Below, one piece after another: positions 27,606 to 36,825 of a stretch of DNA of 64,000 nt (within the stretch, counting starts at the first letter, position 1; the number at the start of each line of letters is the position of its first letter). The notes below the pieces were generated by a model. That model was not told where the DNA came from and did not search any database. It saw only the letters and a program-made list of their open reading frames with translations. Origin of the DNA: Streptosporangiaceae bacterium. GTDB taxonomy: Bacteria; Actinomycetota; Actinomycetes; Streptosporangiales; Streptosporangiaceae. The position numbers and the translations under genes are program-made. The stretch spans positions 2,868 to 66,867 of the forward strand of contig DASTJM010000047.1 of the NCBI GenBank assembly GCA_035716545.1, given 5' to 3'.

Positions 27606-27818
27606 ATGGCTAAGGTCACCTTCGACCTCAAGAAGCCAGGCAAGGCAGCCGAATCGCTGACCGCCCAGGCGATCGGCAAGTGCTGCACCAGCGTCGCGCG
27701 GGTCAAGGTCATGAAGGTCGGCGCGAAAAACCTGCCGCGCTTCTCCGAGGCCCGAGCGGCGCAAATCGGCGCCCGGGCTTCCGCCGCCTCTCGACGGAAA
27801 CCATCCATTGATCTATGA
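27606..27818 (+). CDS. small Lys-rich hypothetical ORF (uncertain)
   Basis: MAKVTFDLKKPGKAAESLTAQAIGKCCTSVARVKVMKVGAKNLPRF... has high third-position GC over the first ~57 codons. No recognised family. Confidence 0.3.
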   Translation: MAKVTFDLKKPGKAAESLTAQAIGKCCTSVARVKVMKVGAKNLPRFSEARAAQIGARASAASRRKPSIDL

Positions 27819-28407
27819 ACTTCAGACAGCAGACAGCTTCATGCCGCCTACTGCCAACGCCTGGGCCCGCTGATCGGTCCAGCCCCCCGTTACGGCTGCG
27901 ACCCACGTGATGCATGCGCGGTGCCGTAAACGCCGGAATAGCGTGGCTGCGCGAATTGGTCCGTAAATAAACCTCAGGACATCGGGCTGGTCGGCGGGAA
28001 CGGCATCAGGCTGGCCGGCGGGAACGGCATCAGGCTGGCCCGCGATGCTGACACCCGCCGTGCCGTGAGCAACGTGGCCCTGCCTCCCCGCCCCGACCGG
28101 CCCGCATCCCCATCGACATTGACACCACAGGCCAGCGTCGATGACGACACGGGAGGCTGATGGCGGAAGTAGCCGCAAGCTGGGTTGCCAGGCCCGGACT
28201 CTGCTCACCCAGCCTGTGTCGATACGCGCCTTGATGTTGTCCGGGCGTTGAAGTTGTCCCGCAAAATCTCGGCGATCGGGTAATCGGCCCGCAAAAACCG
28301 GTTCATAACTGAACAAGTGGCCGGCGCGTCGCGCGTGAGCCATTCCGGTGCTGGAAAGAGGTGACGGAGATCGGGGGACTATCACCAGCATCGAGACGGG
28401 GGACCGC

Positions 28408-29067
28408 ATGCATCGCAAGCTCGACATCCTGGCTGAAAGAGGTTTCGTGATTTTGCGCGACCGGCCGGGGCCGATGATCCCGCCGGCTGAGTGGGAGTCA
28501 CTTGAGTACATGGACTGGAAGAGCGGCGGTGACACCAATTTCGCACCGCTGGCCTCGGCAACCGGCGAGATGGACTGCCGCGGCTTCTGGGATCACGGCA
28601 AGGCCGACAAGTACGGCCTGTGGACCGCAAATCGAGATCTGGCGCCGAGCCTGGTCAGCTATGTCGAGGAAACTGGCGGCAACTACGGCCGCGTCCGCGT
28701 CATCAAGCTCCACCCGAGCGACGAGGCGACGGCCCTTAACCAGCTCCACCTTGATGACAACAACAGGCTCAACCCGGACGGAACCGGCTGGGTAGTCAGG
28801 TCATGGCTGGAGCTTGACAACACGGCCGGGCAGTCGATGTTCATCTTGCGCGAGGTCAAGGACGACCCGGCGACACAGACCCGCATCAGGCTGCATCCTG
28901 GCATGCAGTTGCTGATCGACACCGAGCGGCTGTACCACGTGGTGTGGCACCCCGGCCCGCGTCCGCGCTATTCGCTGATCACTTCCTGGGAAACTGACGA
29001 CGCGCTGGAGCGCTGGGTCAGCCGCGAGCAAACGCCCGACCGCCAGTTCGCCGCGTCCCAGTCCTAA
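28408..29067 (+). CDS. hypothetical protein
   Basis: Coherent coding statistics from ATG 28408 (MHRKLDILAERGFVILRD...); the track ORF starts at 28348. No confident domain. Confidence 0.6.
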   Translation: MHRKLDILAERGFVILRDRPGPMIPPAEWESLEYMDWKSGGDTNFAPLASATGEMDCRGFWDHGKADKYGLWTANRDLAPSLVSYVEETGGNYGRVRVIKLHPSDEATALNQLHLDDNNRLNPDGTGWVVRSWLELDNTAGQSMFILREVKDDPATQTRIRLHPGMQLLIDTERLYHVVWHPGPRPRYSLITSWETDDALERWVSREQTPDRQFAASQS

Positions 29068-29089
29068 CCTCGCGTCCTAGTCTCGCGTC

Positions 29090-30220
29090 CTAGCTTCGAG
29101 CTGCACCGCCAGGCAGGCACAGCAGTTCAGGCAGCCGCTCCACGGGGAAGCCTGGGCTGCGGTGCCCGTCGCGGCCGGTCATGGTGCGGCCAGCGACGAG
29201 GGCGTTGAGCGTCGCTTCCTCGGTGGCCTGGACAACAGCCTCGAACAGCGGATCGAGCAGCCCCCACGGGACGAATTCCAGGCTCGGCAGCTTGCCGCCC
29301 GCGACAATCGGGTAGCTGTCCAGCATTCCCGCGTTCGACGCTGAGAACGCCAGGAACAGGTCGCCGGAGAAATGGCTGCCGCTCGTCCCCGTGCGCGCCA
29401 TCCCGAGCGGAACCCGCCGGGCGAGCGCCTTGCACTGACCTGGCAGCAGCGGCGCATCGGTCGCCACGATCGTGATGCACGAGCCCGCACCGGACGGACT
29501 GAACCGGCCGCCCTCACGGACGAGGTCGTCACCGGTCAGCCGGGAGCCCACTCGATGACCGGCGATCATGAGCTCGGTCCGGCTGCCGAAATTGGCCTGC
29601 ATCAGCACGCCGACAACGTAGGAGCGCGAGCCGATCTGAACCCGGCGCGAGGCCGTGCCCGTGCCACCCTTGAAGTCGTAGCAGATCATTCCTGTGCCGC
29701 CGCCGACTGAGCCCTCCTCCACCGGCCCCGATCGAGCCGCGTCGAGTGCGCGGGCCGCCACTTCGGGCGTGATATATGACCCGTTGGCGTCATGCAGGAA
29801 CCCATCCCAGGTCTCCCCGACGACAGGCAGATGCCAGCGCGCGGCCAGTCCCGGCCGCTGCCTGATGGACCAGTCGATGATGCCGCGGTGCACCGGTCCG
29901 ACCTCGTGAGTGCTGGTCAGCCCGATAGGCAGCGACAAAGCACCGACCTCGTCGAGCCACGCGACGCCAGTCATCTCGCCATTGCCGTTCATGGAATACC
30001 AGCCCGCTGGACAGGACCGGCCGAGACCATCACGCCCGAGCGGCAGCACTGTGGTCACGCCAGTGCGCACCGGGCCTGTCCCGGGCACAAGCGGGCCAGA
30101 GCCGCTGATCAGCGTCTCGAAACCCACCTCGACCCCGGCCACATCGGTGATGGCGTTCCATTCGCCGGTTTCACCCAGCAGGGGGACCCCTAGATCACGC
30201 GCACGCTGCCTGCCCGACAC
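29090..30220 (-). CDS. P1/S58-family peptidase (DmpA-like aminopeptidase)
   Basis: Reads NAITDVAGVEVGFETL, VRTGVTTVLP and the self-processing region GGGTGMICYDFKGGTGTASR. Confidence 0.85.
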   Translation of the reverse strand: MSGRQRARDLGVPLLGETGEWNAITDVAGVEVGFETLISGSGPLVPGTGPVRTGVTTVLPLGRDGLGRSCPAGWYSMNGNGEMTGVAWLDEVGALSLPIGLTSTHEVGPVHRGIIDWSIRQRPGLAARWHLPVVGETWDGFLHDANGSYITPEVAARALDAARSGPVEEGSVGGGTGMICYDFKGGTGTASRRVQIGSRSYVVGVLMQANFGSRTELMIAGHRVGSRLTGDDLVREGGRFSPSGAGSCITIVATDAPLLPGQCKALARRVPLGMARTGTSGSHFSGDLFLAFSASNAGMLDSYPIVAGGKLPSLEFVPWGLLDPLFEAVVQATEEATLNALVAGRTMTGRDGHRSPGFPVERLPELLCLPGGAARS

Positions 30221-30270
30221 GCCGCTAGCCTAACGCCCCGCCCGCCCGGCCTTGCCAGGCCACGACGGAC

Positions 30271-30753
30271 CTAACAGGTCAGGCTGATCGGCTTGCTGCC
30301 AGGGAGCACCCGATGCGAGCCGAAGTCAAAATTCGCCGGGCTCAGGTTCGCCGGCACGCTGTCGAAAGGGGACTTGCCGATGAACATGAACTGCAGCTTG
30401 CTGTAAGCCCGGGCGCCATTGGGACAGCTCGTCAGCTTCGAGGCGACGACCACGACAGGGGCGGAACGGTACTTGCCCGTGTGACAGTCGGAGAACGCGC
30501 AGAGGTCGACCACGGCGGTGCCAAGGGCAGATGCAATGGGCTTGCCCCACCTAGACCACTTCAGATCACGCGCCGTGATCCCGTTCGACGTGCAGGTAAC
30601 TATGACGACAGACGGCTGGTTTTGCAGTTCGCTGCCGCAAAAGCCAAGCTTCGTGGTCGGTGCGGACGATTGCGGGCGGGAACTCGCGCATGCGGGCAAC
30701 AGCACGATGAGCAAGATCAGCAGCACTTTCCAGGACGCTCGCTGGTCGGTCAT
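30271..30753 (-). CDS. hypothetical lipoprotein
   Basis: Start at ATG 30751-30753. Signal peptide with lipobox WKVLLILLIVLLPAC. The mature part is Cys-rich. Confidence 0.7.
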   Translation of the reverse strand: MTDQRASWKVLLILLIVLLPACASSRPQSSAPTTKLGFCGSELQNQPSVVIVTCTSNGITARDLKWSRWGKPIASALGTAVVDLCAFSDCHTGKYRSAPVVVVASKLTSCPNGARAYSKLQFMFIGKSPFDSVPANLSPANFDFGSHRVLPGSKPISLTC

Positions 30754-31021
30754 GCTTCCACGTTGCCTCGCGCGCGTCACGCGTTGACCACCCGACGGCG
30801 ACAGTTGAGCAACAAGAGGCGAAAAGTCGGATGTGCCCGCAACTGCACCGCGACTACCGTTAGCGCCAATGCGGAGGTAACGAGTGGCGGCGCACTGACG
30901 CCTTCCCTGACGAGATCCCGGGACCTTGCACGTCGACCGGCATGCGCCCCCGCTGCCGAAGGCGTCGCCGCTGCCCGCGAACTGAATGCGCATTGGCGAC
31001 GCCCCCGGCTGGCGGCTGGGG

Positions 31022-34000
31022 TTAGGACCCGACCGTGTAGCTGTAGTTGAACGAGGCCACCGTGCTCGAGGTCGGGAAGTTCCCGAACAGCTCGTTGGCC
31101 GTGACCAGGCCCGAGTTGAAGGACACGTCCTCCAGGCTGATCGTGCCAGAGACCTTGGTCCCCGCCGTGCCCTTGACGAAGATCGTCAGCGGGATGGTGA
31201 CGGTCTGGCCAGGCTGGACGATGACTGGAGTAAAGGCCGCGTTCACGTTGGTGCTGCCACTCCACAGGTCACCAGTGCCCGAGCTGACGTTCCGGTCAAT
31301 CTGCGCCATCGTCGCGGTCATCGAGACGCGGGCGGTGACCGTCTTGGAGCCCTTGGCACCATCGGGACCCTTGAGGAATGGCGTCACCGAGTAATCGCCG
31401 TTCGGCACCTGCTCGCCCGGCGGCGCGAAGGTCACCTTCGACGTCTTGCCGGTCGACGAGTTCAGGTCGGGATCGCCGAACGGGTACTGCAAGTCGAAGA
31501 ACTGAGCGACCTTCGCGGTGACGGTCGCGGTCACCGAACTGGTCTGGCTAGGCACCAGGTAGAGCGGGACGACGCCGAACAGGTTCGGCAGCTGCAGCGT
31601 TGACGTGGTCTGCGCCGCTAGCTTGACCACGACATTCTTGTCCAGGCGCGGGTCGACGAAGTACTCCTCAGGAGAGGTTCCGCCGTTGGTGACGGTGATG
31701 CTAGCCGCTGCTTCGTCGCCGGCCGGGATCGTGGTGAACGAGTCAGGCAGGCCCGCCGAGGCGGCGTTGACGCGCTGGTCGTCAAGCGTCACGCTGAACG
31801 GCTGCGTTGCCGCGGTCCCTGACACGCTGTTGTAGAAGTCGATGATCAGGGTCCACCGGCCCGGCTCAGGCGCCAGCACATGCAGCTGAAGGCCCTGCTG
31901 CTGCACGAGCTGCGCGAAGCCGCCGCCCGCGTTGGTCGCCAGGATCGCGTTGTCCGACGCCGAGACCACCTCGCCATCGGGGCTGACCAGCTCGGCGAAC
32001 ATGGTGTTGTTCGCGTTGCCGGTGGAGATGTCGGCGTTCAGCGCCGGGGGCGTATCGAAGGCCGGAGCGTCGAGCTGGTAGTACGCCGTCTGGCCGGCAT
32101 TTGGAGCGCGGCCGTTGCCGCCGGTCAGGGTGCCGGAGAAGGTGACGGTGTGCTGGAGCGGGGCAGGCGTTGGCACGAGCCCGCGCAGCGTCACCGGGAT
32201 GGTGGTCACCTTGGCGAATGCCGGGGTGCCGGCCGAACTGGTCACCACGATCGAGCCTGCCGCGTCGCCCGGGCTGGCCGGAGTCGACACGTCGAGCGAG
32301 AAGCTGCCAGAAGCGCCGGAGGCGAGGGTCAGGGTGTTCGTCGACAGGTGGCCGAACGGCTGCCAGGTCGCTTCCTGCGCCAGGAACGAGGCCTTGGCTG
32401 TCTTGCCGTTGGTCGATGGGATGCCGGCGATCAGCGCGGTCCACTTGCCTGCCTGGGGCCTGGCCACCTGGGCGTCACCGTAGTTGCCGAACCCCTGCGG
32501 GAGGTTGAACTCGGCGAACTTGCCGCTGGGGCTGATGAGGCTGAGATCGACGGCGCCATGCAGCGCGATGGCGACGTTCAGCCGCGCTTGTCCAGGATCC
32601 ACGGTGAAGGTCTGGATGGACTCGAAACCTTGCGCAGCGTTCAGGGTCAGTGACTTCGAGGTGATCTGTGAGTAGGGCGAAAGCGTGCGGCTCGACAGGT
32701 GGAGGGTGACGCTGCCGGTGCCGTCGTTGGTGAGCGTCTCGGAGAAGTGCTGGTCGGTGTCGAGCTGGTCAACCCCGGTGAACTGAGTAGCGCTGTCAAG
32801 CACGGCGTGACCCGCCTTGGTCTTCGCCTTGAAGGAGCGCGCGGCCAGCACTGCCTGGTAGGCGTCGATCAGGCCGGCGCCCTGCTGCTCGGCCGGAGCG
32901 CTGACGTCCTGCGCGGTCGAGACGATGATCCGCTTGACGATCGCAGGCGATGGGTGGTGCCCGTGATGCGCCTTCGCGTACGCCTGGATGACCAGCGCGG
33001 CGACACCAGCGGTCAGCGGCGCCGCCTCGCTCGTGCCACCCTCAAGCTCGACGGCCGCGGGCTTGTTGGCGAAGTTGGTGCAGGCCGAGAACAGCTTCGG
33101 CTTCGCCGTGCACAGTGCCCAGTTCAGGTCGCCGGGAGCCACGACGTCGACGGTGCCCGCGTTCTGGGTGAATCCGCCTGAGCTGAGGCCGCTGATGTTG
33201 TTGCTGATCCAGCCCTTGATGCCGGGGGTAAAGATGCCCCCGACACCGGTCTGCGCGTAGGAGCGGTAAGTCGTAGACGCGCCCGCGCTGATAACCGCCG
33301 GGTCGCTGGCCGGCGAGCCGATGGTGTTCGTGATGCCGGCATCGCCCGAGGAGACCGTGACAGTAACGCCGGCCTTGATCGCCGCGTCGTTGGCCATCTT
33401 GGTCAGGTCCAGGCTGGCCACGTCAGGGAACGGGTTGCTGCCGAAGGACTCGTTGAGAACGTTCACGCGGTCATGGGAAACCGCGTAGCTGATCGCCTCG
33501 AGGAAGACCGAGTTGAACGCGAGGTTGGACGAGCCGAAAACGTTCAGCCCGATAAGGCTCGCGCCCGGAGCGACGCCGAGAATCCGGATCCGGCAGGGAA
33601 CGCTGAGCGGGCCGCCGTAGGTGGAGATGTCGTAGACGTGCCTGCCCTGGGCGGCAATGGAGCTGGCGTCAAGGAAAGCCTCGCCGCCGTTGGTCGGGGC
33701 GCTGGTGCCCGTGCCGCTGAAGTCCTCGTTGTCGATGAAGACGTGCTTGCCGTTGGCACGGATGAAGTCCTGGTTGTTGGGGTCAATGCCATCAGCGATG
33801 TAAGCGACCTTGACGCCAGCACCGGTGTACCCGAGTCCCTGAGCCGATGTCTTGCCTGACTGGGCGGCCGCGTGAATGGCCTCCACGGCTTCGGGGTCGA
33901 GCTGGACGCCCTTCTTGGTCGCCGGGCACGCTCCGGGCAGCGGCTTGATCCCCGCGTCGGACTTGCCCGGCCTGGCCGGCCTGGGAATCGAGATCGACGG

Positions 34001-34453
34001 CAGCAAGGGAATAGGCAGGTCCTTAACGACCCCGGCAACAGCGGGGCTGGACCTCAGCCGCTTGGCCTCACCGGTCGAGACGGTGGCAGCGACAGCGTTG
34101 ACCAGCGAGATGCTGTGAACGTTGCTCGCGTGCGTCGCCCGCAGGTCGGAAATCACAGACGCCTGGGCCGCGCTCACCGCCGCCGCCCGCCGCGCCGAGT
34201 TGGCCGCGGTGTCAGGAAGGCCAGGGAACTGCCTGCGCAGCACGACGATCACCTTGTCGCTGACATTGCGTGATAGCGCCTTTGCCTGAGCCGGGGTGAG
34301 CGGCCGCCAGCCGCTCGGCGCGCTCTGGGCGCGGCTGGAAGATCCGGCCGCCTGGCCGGCCACGGTCTGGGCTTGAGCCGTCGTGCCCACCGCGACCAGC
34401 AAAGCTGGCACAACTATCGGCGCTGCTCGCAACGCGCGCGTATATCTCATCAA
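31022..34453 (-). CDS. large secreted clan-SB (S8/S53) subtilase-like serine peptidase
   Basis: Signal peptide, I9-like propeptide, Asp box VAYIADGIDP and Ser box GGTSEAAPLTAGVAALV. The usual HGTH box is replaced by GGEAFLDAS (a sedolisin-like E-x3-D). A long beta-rich C-terminal extension follows. Confidence 0.88.
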   Translation of the reverse strand: MMRYTRALRAAPIVVPALLVAVGTTAQAQTVAGQAAGSSSRAQSAPSGWRPLTPAQAKALSRNVSDKVIVVLRRQFPGLPDTAANSARRAAAVSAAQASVISDLRATHASNVHSISLVNAVAATVSTGEAKRLRSSPAVAGVVKDLPIPLLPSISIPRPARPGKSDAGIKPLPGACPATKKGVQLDPEAVEAIHAAAQSGKTSAQGLGYTGAGVKVAYIADGIDPNNQDFIRANGKHVFIDNEDFSGTGTSAPTNGGEAFLDASSIAAQGRHVYDISTYGGPLSVPCRIRILGVAPGASLIGLNVFGSSNLAFNSVFLEAISYAVSHDRVNVLNESFGSNPFPDVASLDLTKMANDAAIKAGVTVTVSSGDAGITNTIGSPASDPAVISAGASTTYRSYAQTGVGGIFTPGIKGWISNNISGLSSGGFTQNAGTVDVVAPGDLNWALCTAKPKLFSACTNFANKPAAVELEGGTSEAAPLTAGVAALVIQAYAKAHHGHHPSPAIVKRIIVSTAQDVSAPAEQQGAGLIDAYQAVLAARSFKAKTKAGHAVLDSATQFTGVDQLDTDQHFSETLTNDGTGSVTLHLSSRTLSPYSQITSKSLTLNAAQGFESIQTFTVDPGQARLNVAIALHGAVDLSLISPSGKFAEFNLPQGFGNYGDAQVARPQAGKWTALIAGIPSTNGKTAKASFLAQEATWQPFGHLSTNTLTLASGASGSFSLDVSTPASPGDAAGSIVVTSSAGTPAFAKVTTIPVTLRGLVPTPAPLQHTVTFSGTLTGGNGRAPNAGQTAYYQLDAPAFDTPPALNADISTGNANNTMFAELVSPDGEVVSASDNAILATNAGGGFAQLVQQQGLQLHVLAPEPGRWTLIIDFYNSVSGTAATQPFSVTLDDQRVNAASAGLPDSFTTIPAGDEAAASITVTNGGTSPEEYFVDPRLDKNVVVKLAAQTTSTLQLPNLFGVVPLYLVPSQTSSVTATVTAKVAQFFDLQYPFGDPDLNSSTGKTSKVTFAPPGEQVPNGDYSVTPFLKGPDGAKGSKTVTARVSMTATMAQIDRNVSSGTGDLWSGSTNVNAAFTPVIVQPGQTVTIPLTIFVKGTAGTKVSGTISLEDVSFNSGLVTANELFGNFPTSSTVASFNYSYTVGS

Positions 34454-34627
34454 GTGCCTTCTCCCTGAGAGCTCTGTGGCCCGTCAATGATGCAGTACTT
34501 CTATATCAACGTCCATGAACGACATGACGGTTCGGGGCCAATCAGGGACCGTTCAGGCACCGTTTCCGGCACCGTCGCCGACGGGGCTTCGCGGGCTGAC
34601 ACCCGCCAGCGACGGTCCGTTTCGCGG

Positions 34628-35047
34628 CTAGCCCTTGACAGCTTTGAGCGTGATCACTCCGCTGTGGCTCTTACGGTGGGTCGCGTCGCCTTTGAAGACC
34701 AGTTCGTACTGCGTCTTCTTGCTGGGTGTCACGGTAAAGGACGCGCTGCCATCCGCTCCCGTGGTTGCGCTGCCGACGACGGCGAACTTCTTGCCCGTAG
34801 TGCGGCGGCTTTCCAGCCATACCGTTTCGCCTGCCACTGCCTTGCGGTGCGACGTCAGAACACCGGTGATCATGTCGGCGTGGTGGTGGTTATGCGCGAT
34901 CGGCTTGTTCTTGACGGTCAGCTTGGTTGCCGCGACGTTGGGCTTGTGGCTCGCCGGGGCAGCACTCGCTGCAGCCGCCGACGCCATCAGGCCTGCTGCC
35001 GCCAGGGTCGCGGCAGCAGCCGCTACTGATGCTCGATATACGCGCAT
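34628..35047 (-). CDS. secreted hypothetical protein (Ig-like/beta-sandwich suspected)
   Basis: ATG at 35045-35047. Signal peptide MRVYRASVAAAAATLAAAGLMASAAAASA. Reads ..GETVWLESRRTTGKKFAVVGSATTGADGSASFTVTP. Confidence 0.65.
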   Translation of the reverse strand: MRVYRASVAAAAATLAAAGLMASAAAASAAPASHKPNVAATKLTVKNKPIAHNHHHADMITGVLTSHRKAVAGETVWLESRRTTGKKFAVVGSATTGADGSASFTVTPSKKTQYELVFKGDATHRKSHSGVITLKAVKG

Positions 35048-35243
35048 GTGTCTCCTTTGGTAGGCCCGGAAGTCCGGGCGTTGTCGGTCGGTACCCACAA
35101 CAGCGACCGCGACGCGTCGCGCGTTACGCACCAATGATCGGCAACGCACTTGGAAACACCAGATTGCACTGCGGTCCTTTACTTTTTACGCTCAGGTCAG
35201 TGGCGAAATCTGAGCCAGGGAGCCGAAGCGCGGGAGGCGTGTC

Positions 35244-36437
35244 ATGGCAGGTCATCGATCCAGGCTGGCAATCGCGGCAGCGGTCTTAACCGCGGGCTGG
35301 TCGCTTGCCATGGCGCAGGAGGCCGTTGCCCAGCCGCACGCGGCACACCTCGCGGCGGCCCCAGCGGCCGACGCCGGGAGCCACAGCGGGCAGGCGTGCA
35401 TTGGCAGGCACCCGAACACTGGCATCTACTACGCGGCCGCGTGCTCCGGGCACGACGAACCCGAGATCGACCCCGTCTCGGCACTGGCCGGATCGGCTCA
35501 GGACCTGACCTGGACCGTGATCCTCCCCCAGGACGGCACGGTCCCTGTCTCGGCCGTCGGCCCGACATTCTGGTTCGGCGGCGCCCTGTCCAACCCGAAC
35601 CCGAAGGCACTGTTCGGACAGGCGTTCCTGGAGTTGCAGTTCTATCCCGACGCGATCGTCAGCAGTTGCTCGTCAACAGGCGGCTACAGCGTCACCATGG
35701 CCCAGGACAAGTTTTCGGCGTGCGCGCCTGCCTGGCAGGTCAATAGCAAGAGCAACGCCGAGACGGCCGCGTTCAACGCCGAGCTGTTCAACGGGTCATC
35801 GAAATCCGCGCTGGTCATGAACGGCGGCGACACCGTCCAGATTCATTTCTTCATGACCTCCGCGTCCCAGGCCTGGAACGTCAAGGTCAGCGATCTGACC
35901 ACGGGCCAGTCAGGCACCATAGTGCTCAACAGCAAGTTCGGGCCGCTGCAGCCGCTGTTCAGTACCCAGCAGATCGGCAACTCCCTCGGCTGGGGCCTGG
36001 TCAACGACACCCCGGACGCGTTCGTCTGGGAGATCGGGCACACGTCGAACTTCGCCATGCCGGCCGCGCAAACGTGCACGGCGGGCCAGACGAAGTGCGA
36101 TTCCTACGACACGAGCCACTGGCTCGGCTTCACGCCCATCAAGATCGTTTCCGTCACTTTCGCTGACGGTTCAGCTCCTAGCGAATGGGCCACCGTGAGT
36201 GACCTTGGCGGCACGGCGGAAGTGTCATCGACCTGTCCCACCTATGGAGTCGCCTTCTGCACCTACCCGTGGTACGCGTTCAACGGGGCGGCGAACGCGA
36301 TCACATACGGCGCGGATTACCCGGGCACGCAGTTCGACTACGGACAGGCCGCGCAGTTCTCGACAACCCAGCAGTGCGGCGGCCCGTTCGGCGCCGACAC
36401 CACCTACTGCGACACAATCCTGTCCCCGACACCATAA
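35244..36437 (+). CDS. secreted hypothetical protein
   Basis: Signal peptide RLAIAAAVLTAGWSLAMAQEAVA. 397 aa with good coding statistics. No recognised domain. Confidence 0.7.
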   Translation: MAGHRSRLAIAAAVLTAGWSLAMAQEAVAQPHAAHLAAAPAADAGSHSGQACIGRHPNTGIYYAAACSGHDEPEIDPVSALAGSAQDLTWTVILPQDGTVPVSAVGPTFWFGGALSNPNPKALFGQAFLELQFYPDAIVSSCSSTGGYSVTMAQDKFSACAPAWQVNSKSNAETAAFNAELFNGSSKSALVMNGGDTVQIHFFMTSASQAWNVKVSDLTTGQSGTIVLNSKFGPLQPLFSTQQIGNSLGWGLVNDTPDAFVWEIGHTSNFAMPAAQTCTAGQTKCDSYDTSHWLGFTPIKIVSVTFADGSAPSEWATVSDLGGTAEVSSTCPTYGVAFCTYPWYAFNGAANAITYGADYPGTQFDYGQAAQFSTTQQCGGPFGADTTYCDTILSPTP

Positions 36438-36484
36438 CTACCCTCGGCCGCACCGCCCGTGCCGGTCCGCGTCGTCCCCTGCCC

Positions 36485-36607
36485 GTGCCCCATGCAGGGT
36501 CCGTGCCCCATGCAGGGTCCGGGCACCACGCAGGGTCCGGGCACCACGCAGGGTCCGTGCCCCATGCAGGGTCCGGGCACCACGCAGAGGGTTCCGGGCA
36601 GGTTTCC
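36485..36607. repeat. 18-bp two-flavour tandem array (A=GTGCCCCATGCAGGGTCC, B=GGGCACCACGCAGGGTCC; order A A B B A B')
   Basis: Direct reading. The first six bases of A and B are reverse complements (GTGCCC/GGGCAC), so neighbouring A and B units can pair. Confidence 0.8.
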
Positions 36608-36610
36608 GGA

Positions 36611-36652
36611 TCCGGGAGACTTTTCATGCTCTACGACGAAAAGTCTCCCGGA
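36611..36652. terminator. perfect 14-bp-stem hairpin (possible bidirectional terminator or RNA element)
   Basis: TCCGGGAGACTTTT - 14-nt loop - AAAAGTCTCCCGGA. It sits between the secreted-protein gene and the helicase gene. No downstream T-tract. Confidence 0.45.
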
Positions 36653-36825
36653 CCCGTAAATGCTCCTCCAGGAACCCGACAACCCACCCCACGTACGCAC
36701 CGTTGACGTGGCTGCTCATCTGGCTGACCGGTGCGGCGCTCAATTACTTCGGGCCGCGAATAACGCCGCCCGGGCAACTGGATTAGCCAGCGCATGAGTG
36801 TTTCCATTTGGGGTAGTCGCCGCGT

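Noticed and set aside
27822-28538. The 238-aa minus-strand ORF as a real gene.
   Set aside because: The 5' third has A/T-ending codons atypical for this genome. The sequence appears stitched from two frames and includes a 24-bp tandem repeat. It overlaps the start of the plus-strand gene at 28408. It is treated as a decayed region rather than a CDS.
36485-36607. Possible CRISPR array. The same question applies to the tandem repeats at 15572-15680, 43521-43650 and 56541-56690.
   Set aside because: The units are directly contiguous with no unique spacers and are only 15-27 bp long. No cas genes are nearby. One array lies inside a coding sequence. These are simple tandem repeats.
36611-36652. 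The hairpin as a canonical Rho-independent terminator.
   Set aside because: The stem is perfect but is not followed by a T/U tract on either strand. It is kept only as a possible terminator or RNA structure at modest confidence.
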